32,000 nucleotides of DNA from Methanopyrus kandleri AV19 (GTDB taxonomy: Archaea > JAADCQ01 > Methanopyri > Methanopyrales > Methanopyraceae): contig NC_003551.1 in the NCBI RefSeq assembly GCF_000007185.1, positions 630,001-662,000 of the forward strand. The letters run 5' to 3'. Shown piece by piece: positions 28,803 to 32,000 of this stretch (the stretch's first letter is position 1; every line of letters starts with the position of its first letter). Both the position numbers and the translations under genes were made by a program. The notes under the pieces were generated by a model, which saw nothing but the letters and a program-made list of their open reading frames with translations, did not search any database and was not told the DNA's origin.

Positions 28803-29211
28803 CGACGCTCACCTCCACGACCCCGGGTACCGTCACGTTCTCAACCACCACGTCCTTTCCGAACGAGTAGAACTTTGCGACGCCTTTAACGCCGTTACCC
28901 TCCACGATCACGTAGTACTCGTCGTGCTGCCCGGTCGGTTCCACACTCACCGTGTAGCTCCCTTGGGTACCGGGTCTACCCTTGATCCTGACGGTGAACC
29001 TTGTCCCGACGTCGCACGCGGCGGCCTTGTCGAGCACCCTGGCCAGCTGCTCAGCCATCGCCTTCGCCTCGAGGGCGGACGCGGCCTCCTCGACACCGCC
29101 TGAACCGTACATACCTTCCTTCACGAACGCCATCGCCATACCGACGGCGGTAACCCCTATCAGTAGAACCAGGAGGTACTCCAGTGAGGCCTGACCGCGG
29201 GAGAAACTCAT
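28768..29211 (-). CDS. Class III signal peptide (prepilin-like) protein
   Basis: From ATG 29211: MSFSRG|QASLEYLLVLLIGVTAVGMAMAFVKE; classic QASLEY motif. The track start at 29250 is upstream of the likely start. Confidence 0.82.
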   Translation of the reverse strand: MSFSRGQASLEYLLVLLIGVTAVGMAMAFVKEGMYGSGGVEEAASALEAKAMAEQLARVLDKAAACDVGTRFTVRIKGRPGTQGSYTVSVEPTGQHDEYYVIVEGNGVKGVAKFYSFGKDVVVENVTVPGVVEVSVVEGPKLVLRNA

Positions 29212-29235
29212 AAACAAAGTCGGGTAACCCCCAGT

Positions 29236-31821
29236 GTGGGGTTGTACCACAAGTTGCCCCTCTTAAAGGAGCGTGGCCAGGTGTTCACTCTGGACGCGAT
29301 GGCGGCGCTCTTGCTCTCCTTAGTGCTAGTGTCCTTAGCTTTGGATTATATTCATATGGTTAGCTGGCCTACCATCTCGCCTCGTCAGGAGGTCTCCTCG
29401 ATCGCCGTCGTCCAGCCCGTGAAGTGGGGATGGGTAGCCACCGGCGTGTACAGGGGCGAGCTCCCGCACCTGGAAGTCAAGGAGATCCGTGTCACGGATT
29501 GGAACGTAAATGGCAATAAGTGGACCGCGAAGGTCGACGTTTCGGATAAACTCCCACCGGACAAGAAGATCGTGATGGCGTTCCTGGTTCTCATGGTCGG
29601 AGACAACCACGTCGTCGACGCTTACGACCCGAACGATAAAGATCTAGGTGTGTACGTCGAGGTGAACGGTGACGAGAACGGTGAACGCGTGTTCCCGACG
29701 GTCCCGATCGACTGGAGGGGCAACATAGGGTGGTGGTTCCCCTACAACTACAACGGTCGTATATGGGAGAAAACCCTGGTCGACCTCACCGTGGACGATC
29801 GGGGCAACCCACTGCTCGTTAACAAAACCTCGGACGACAACATCAGAGTGCGGATTGGCGTCAAAATTCGAGGTTACTGGGGCAGACAATACAGGGATAA
29901 AACACGGATAGTACTCGTGCTCGCCCCGAAGCAGTTCGACGTCGCCGTCCAAGTCTGGCGTCCGGACGGCCCTCAGATCGGCCCACAGCCGTACGATGAC
30001 CGCGATGGTAAGACTGGAATACCGGTCAAAGGCTCCCTAGCGACTGATCTCAGCAGGAACAAGAACCCTGACCCTGTCACGAACTTCGCCGACTGGTACG
30101 GGGAAGATGTGGACAAAGATCGGCTGGAAAATCCTGACGAGAACCCCGTAATCACCGTCAAAGACCTGGTTATGAGAATAGGTAGGGTCTTTGGTAACTG
30201 GAGACCGTGGACTCCGGTGGGAACCGGTCCTTACCGTGAGTATTACGATAAAAGTGATGGAACCGTCCACAAACTGGAGGACGCGAAAGACCCGAACGGT
30301 GACGGGGCCGATGGTATAGTCCTGACGCGTCACGGTGCTCAGATCGACGATTCGTACCATCTGTTCGCGGCGTACGTGATGATGCCCAGGACGTTCTCGT
30401 CTGTATGTCCGCTGGACGCTCCGATACTCGCGTTAACAACACAGCGTAACGGTCCCCCCGAGTTCGTAGTGTACGCTAACGTCAGAACCCCCCAAGATAT
30501 AGCGAAGATCGACTGGGCTAACGTGGACGAGTCGTTAGGAGCGTCCAACATAGGAACGAACACCACCTACAGATGGAATAAGACTGAGGACCTTGACTTC
30601 TACAATGACGAGCTGAAGTACTACAAGTACTACGATGACTGGTACTCGAGGAGCATAGGCATTCCGGCCGATTACCTCTACGGTGCTTCGGGATACAGCC
30701 ACCTGGTCGTGATCGACCCCGAAGCTCAGTGGCCCATTACTCCCGCAGGAGGATTGATAGGCACATCGTCGACGGTCGAGCAGGTGCTGAGGACGCACAG
30801 TGTCCTGTATGCGTATCTGAGGTTACCGAACAGGAGTCACGGAGTGCACACGCACTTCAACTACGACACCACTCATGGTTACTACTGGTACTTCAAGTTC
30901 CCCGGCGGCATTCCCGTTCAGGGAGGCCCTCAGCCCCGTATCGTGGCCATCTGGATTAAGGCGCCCCACTGGCTCTACCAGTGGGCTCCGTGGGCCGACT
31001 CCGTGAGCGCATCGCTTGGATTCGCCAATACCAGGTTCAATAACGTCCCCGGTGACGGCCGCAGCGACGAGCTCGATATGACCATCAACATCCAGAGGCC
31101 CCCCGACATGCCTTCGGTGATCAAGAACTGGGCAGTTCAGGACGTGTACATGTTCGGCAACCTGGACGAGGATCCCGACAACTTCTGGATCTACATCGAT
31201 GATGAGGAGGTCTGGCCCGACGATTGGGTTCCCCCGTCGATCGAGGACCTGAAGTCGCTCTCCGGTGGTAAGATCGCCACTCCGGGAACCCACACGATCA
31301 GGGTCAGGGAGTACGAGCAACCGTCTCCTGAGGCCGTCGAAATCGGTCCGTTCAACGTCCTAGTCCTGTACAAGGGCACCATGTACCTGTACCTCCCCCG
31401 CCTCAAGAGGAGCAAGGAGGACGCCGTGAACGCTCTCAGGCAGGAGTTCGAGAGACTGGGGATCGACCCGGACGATCCCAGGGTCAGGATTACGGTCGCG
31501 CCGTCTCGGGGTTACGACAAGCCCCACAAGTTCAGACTCGTAGCCTGGCAGGAAGAACGCGTACTGTACACACCTGAGTATCTCCGACGGCTATCGACCG
31601 AAGCCCTCTCTCAGCTGCAGTCCTCGGGTGCCCTCAGCTACGTGGCCATGGAGTGGGAGTACTACCAGGACACGGGAGACGCAACGAAGCTGCGTCGGGC
31701 CCTGCAATCGTTACAGCCATTGCTGAGCTCCGTCCTGGGAGTGCACTTCAAGCTGGAGGTCTGGGACGAGAAGAACAAGCAGTGGGTGACGCTGCTCACG
31801 GATCAGGGTCCAGCGATTTAA
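29236..31821 (+). CDS. 861-aa putative surface protein with variant pilin-like N-terminal segment
   Basis: GTG start: MGLYHKLPLLKERGQVFTLDAMAALLLSLVLVSLALDYI then a long region rich in aromatics, Asn and Asp. No recognised catalytic domain. Starts 24 nt from the divergent prepilin-like gene. Downstream in-frame TTG codons are alternative starts. Confidence 0.75.
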   Translation: MGLYHKLPLLKERGQVFTLDAMAALLLSLVLVSLALDYIHMVSWPTISPRQEVSSIAVVQPVKWGWVATGVYRGELPHLEVKEIRVTDWNVNGNKWTAKVDVSDKLPPDKKIVMAFLVLMVGDNHVVDAYDPNDKDLGVYVEVNGDENGERVFPTVPIDWRGNIGWWFPYNYNGRIWEKTLVDLTVDDRGNPLLVNKTSDDNIRVRIGVKIRGYWGRQYRDKTRIVLVLAPKQFDVAVQVWRPDGPQIGPQPYDDRDGKTGIPVKGSLATDLSRNKNPDPVTNFADWYGEDVDKDRLENPDENPVITVKDLVMRIGRVFGNWRPWTPVGTGPYREYYDKSDGTVHKLEDAKDPNGDGADGIVLTRHGAQIDDSYHLFAAYVMMPRTFSSVCPLDAPILALTTQRNGPPEFVVYANVRTPQDIAKIDWANVDESLGASNIGTNTTYRWNKTEDLDFYNDELKYYKYYDDWYSRSIGIPADYLYGASGYSHLVVIDPEAQWPITPAGGLIGTSSTVEQVLRTHSVLYAYLRLPNRSHGVHTHFNYDTTHGYYWYFKFPGGIPVQGGPQPRIVAIWIKAPHWLYQWAPWADSVSASLGFANTRFNNVPGDGRSDELDMTINIQRPPDMPSVIKNWAVQDVYMFGNLDEDPDNFWIYIDDEEVWPDDWVPPSIEDLKSLSGGKIATPGTHTIRVREYEQPSPEAVEIGPFNVLVLYKGTMYLYLPRLKRSKEDAVNALRQEFERLGIDPDDPRVRITVAPSRGYDKPHKFRLVAWQEERVLYTPEYLRRLSTEALSQLQSSGALSYVAMEWEYYQDTGDATKLRRALQSLQPLLSSVLGVHFKLEVWDEKNKQWVTLLTDQGPAI

Positions 31822-31960
31822 AAGCCTGCGGACCATACCTCGTAACCGAGCGCCCCGACCCCGTGAATCCGAGCTCGGTAAGGAGATCACCGCCGCGTCG
31901 TGGCTTGCTCGTGGGAAACCTCGCGTCTTCGAGGTCAGCTAACAAAGGTGAAGGTGTGTG

Positions 31961-32000
31961 TTAGGGCCACACCCGGATGACTCTGCCGTTCTTCAGCACC
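31961..32000 (-). CDS. C-terminal end of an unidentified CDS running off the right edge
   Basis: Reverse strand open to the edge and ending ...VLKNGRVIRVWP*; too short to identify. Confidence 0.3.
   Translation of the reverse strand, partial: VLKNGRVIRVWP

Noticed and set aside
31822-31960. Possible small RNA in the intergenic region after the 861-aa gene
   Set aside because: No clear C/D (RUGAUGA/CUGA) pair, tRNA fold or strong hairpin seen by eye.
1-32000. CRISPR array, transposase, integrase or classic defence island
   Set aside because: No regularly spaced direct repeats, no Cas, recombinase or transposase motifs seen. The only mobile-type element supported is the EF-2 intein.

Overview
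This window looks like a GC-rich hyperthermophilic methanogen chromosome. Protein sequences, TTG/GTG start usage and a C8 tRNA all suggest Methanopyrus kandleri or a close relative (inference from recall, not a search). Left side, mostly + strand: 5' part of a SepSecS gene (- strand, runs off the left edge), a small PUA-like ORF plus a NOL1/NOP2/Sun RNA m5C methyltransferase, RIO2 kinase, LarB-like protein, TruD, a 54-aa zinc-ribbon ORF absent from the supplied track (- strand), and TrpD. From about 27.7 kb down to 6.06 kb nearly everything is on the - strand. In transcription order: tRNA-Asp, nurA, herA, mre11, rad50, a polyferredoxin-like ORF, rpoH, rpoB'', rpoB', rpoA', rpoA'', a ~480-nt gap, eL30, nusA-like, uS12, uS7, and EF-2 interrupted in its P-loop by a 522-aa LAGLIDADG-type intein. 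Right side: three tandem class III (QxSxEF-type) prepilin-like genes on the - strand, diverging from an 861-aa secreted-type protein with a variant pilin-like N-terminus. This surface cluster is the best candidate for something poorly described. The track labels the EF-2 ORF 6060..9833 as '+', but the sequence encodes it on the - strand. Many long antisense ORFs are GC-rich shadow ORFs and were rejected.
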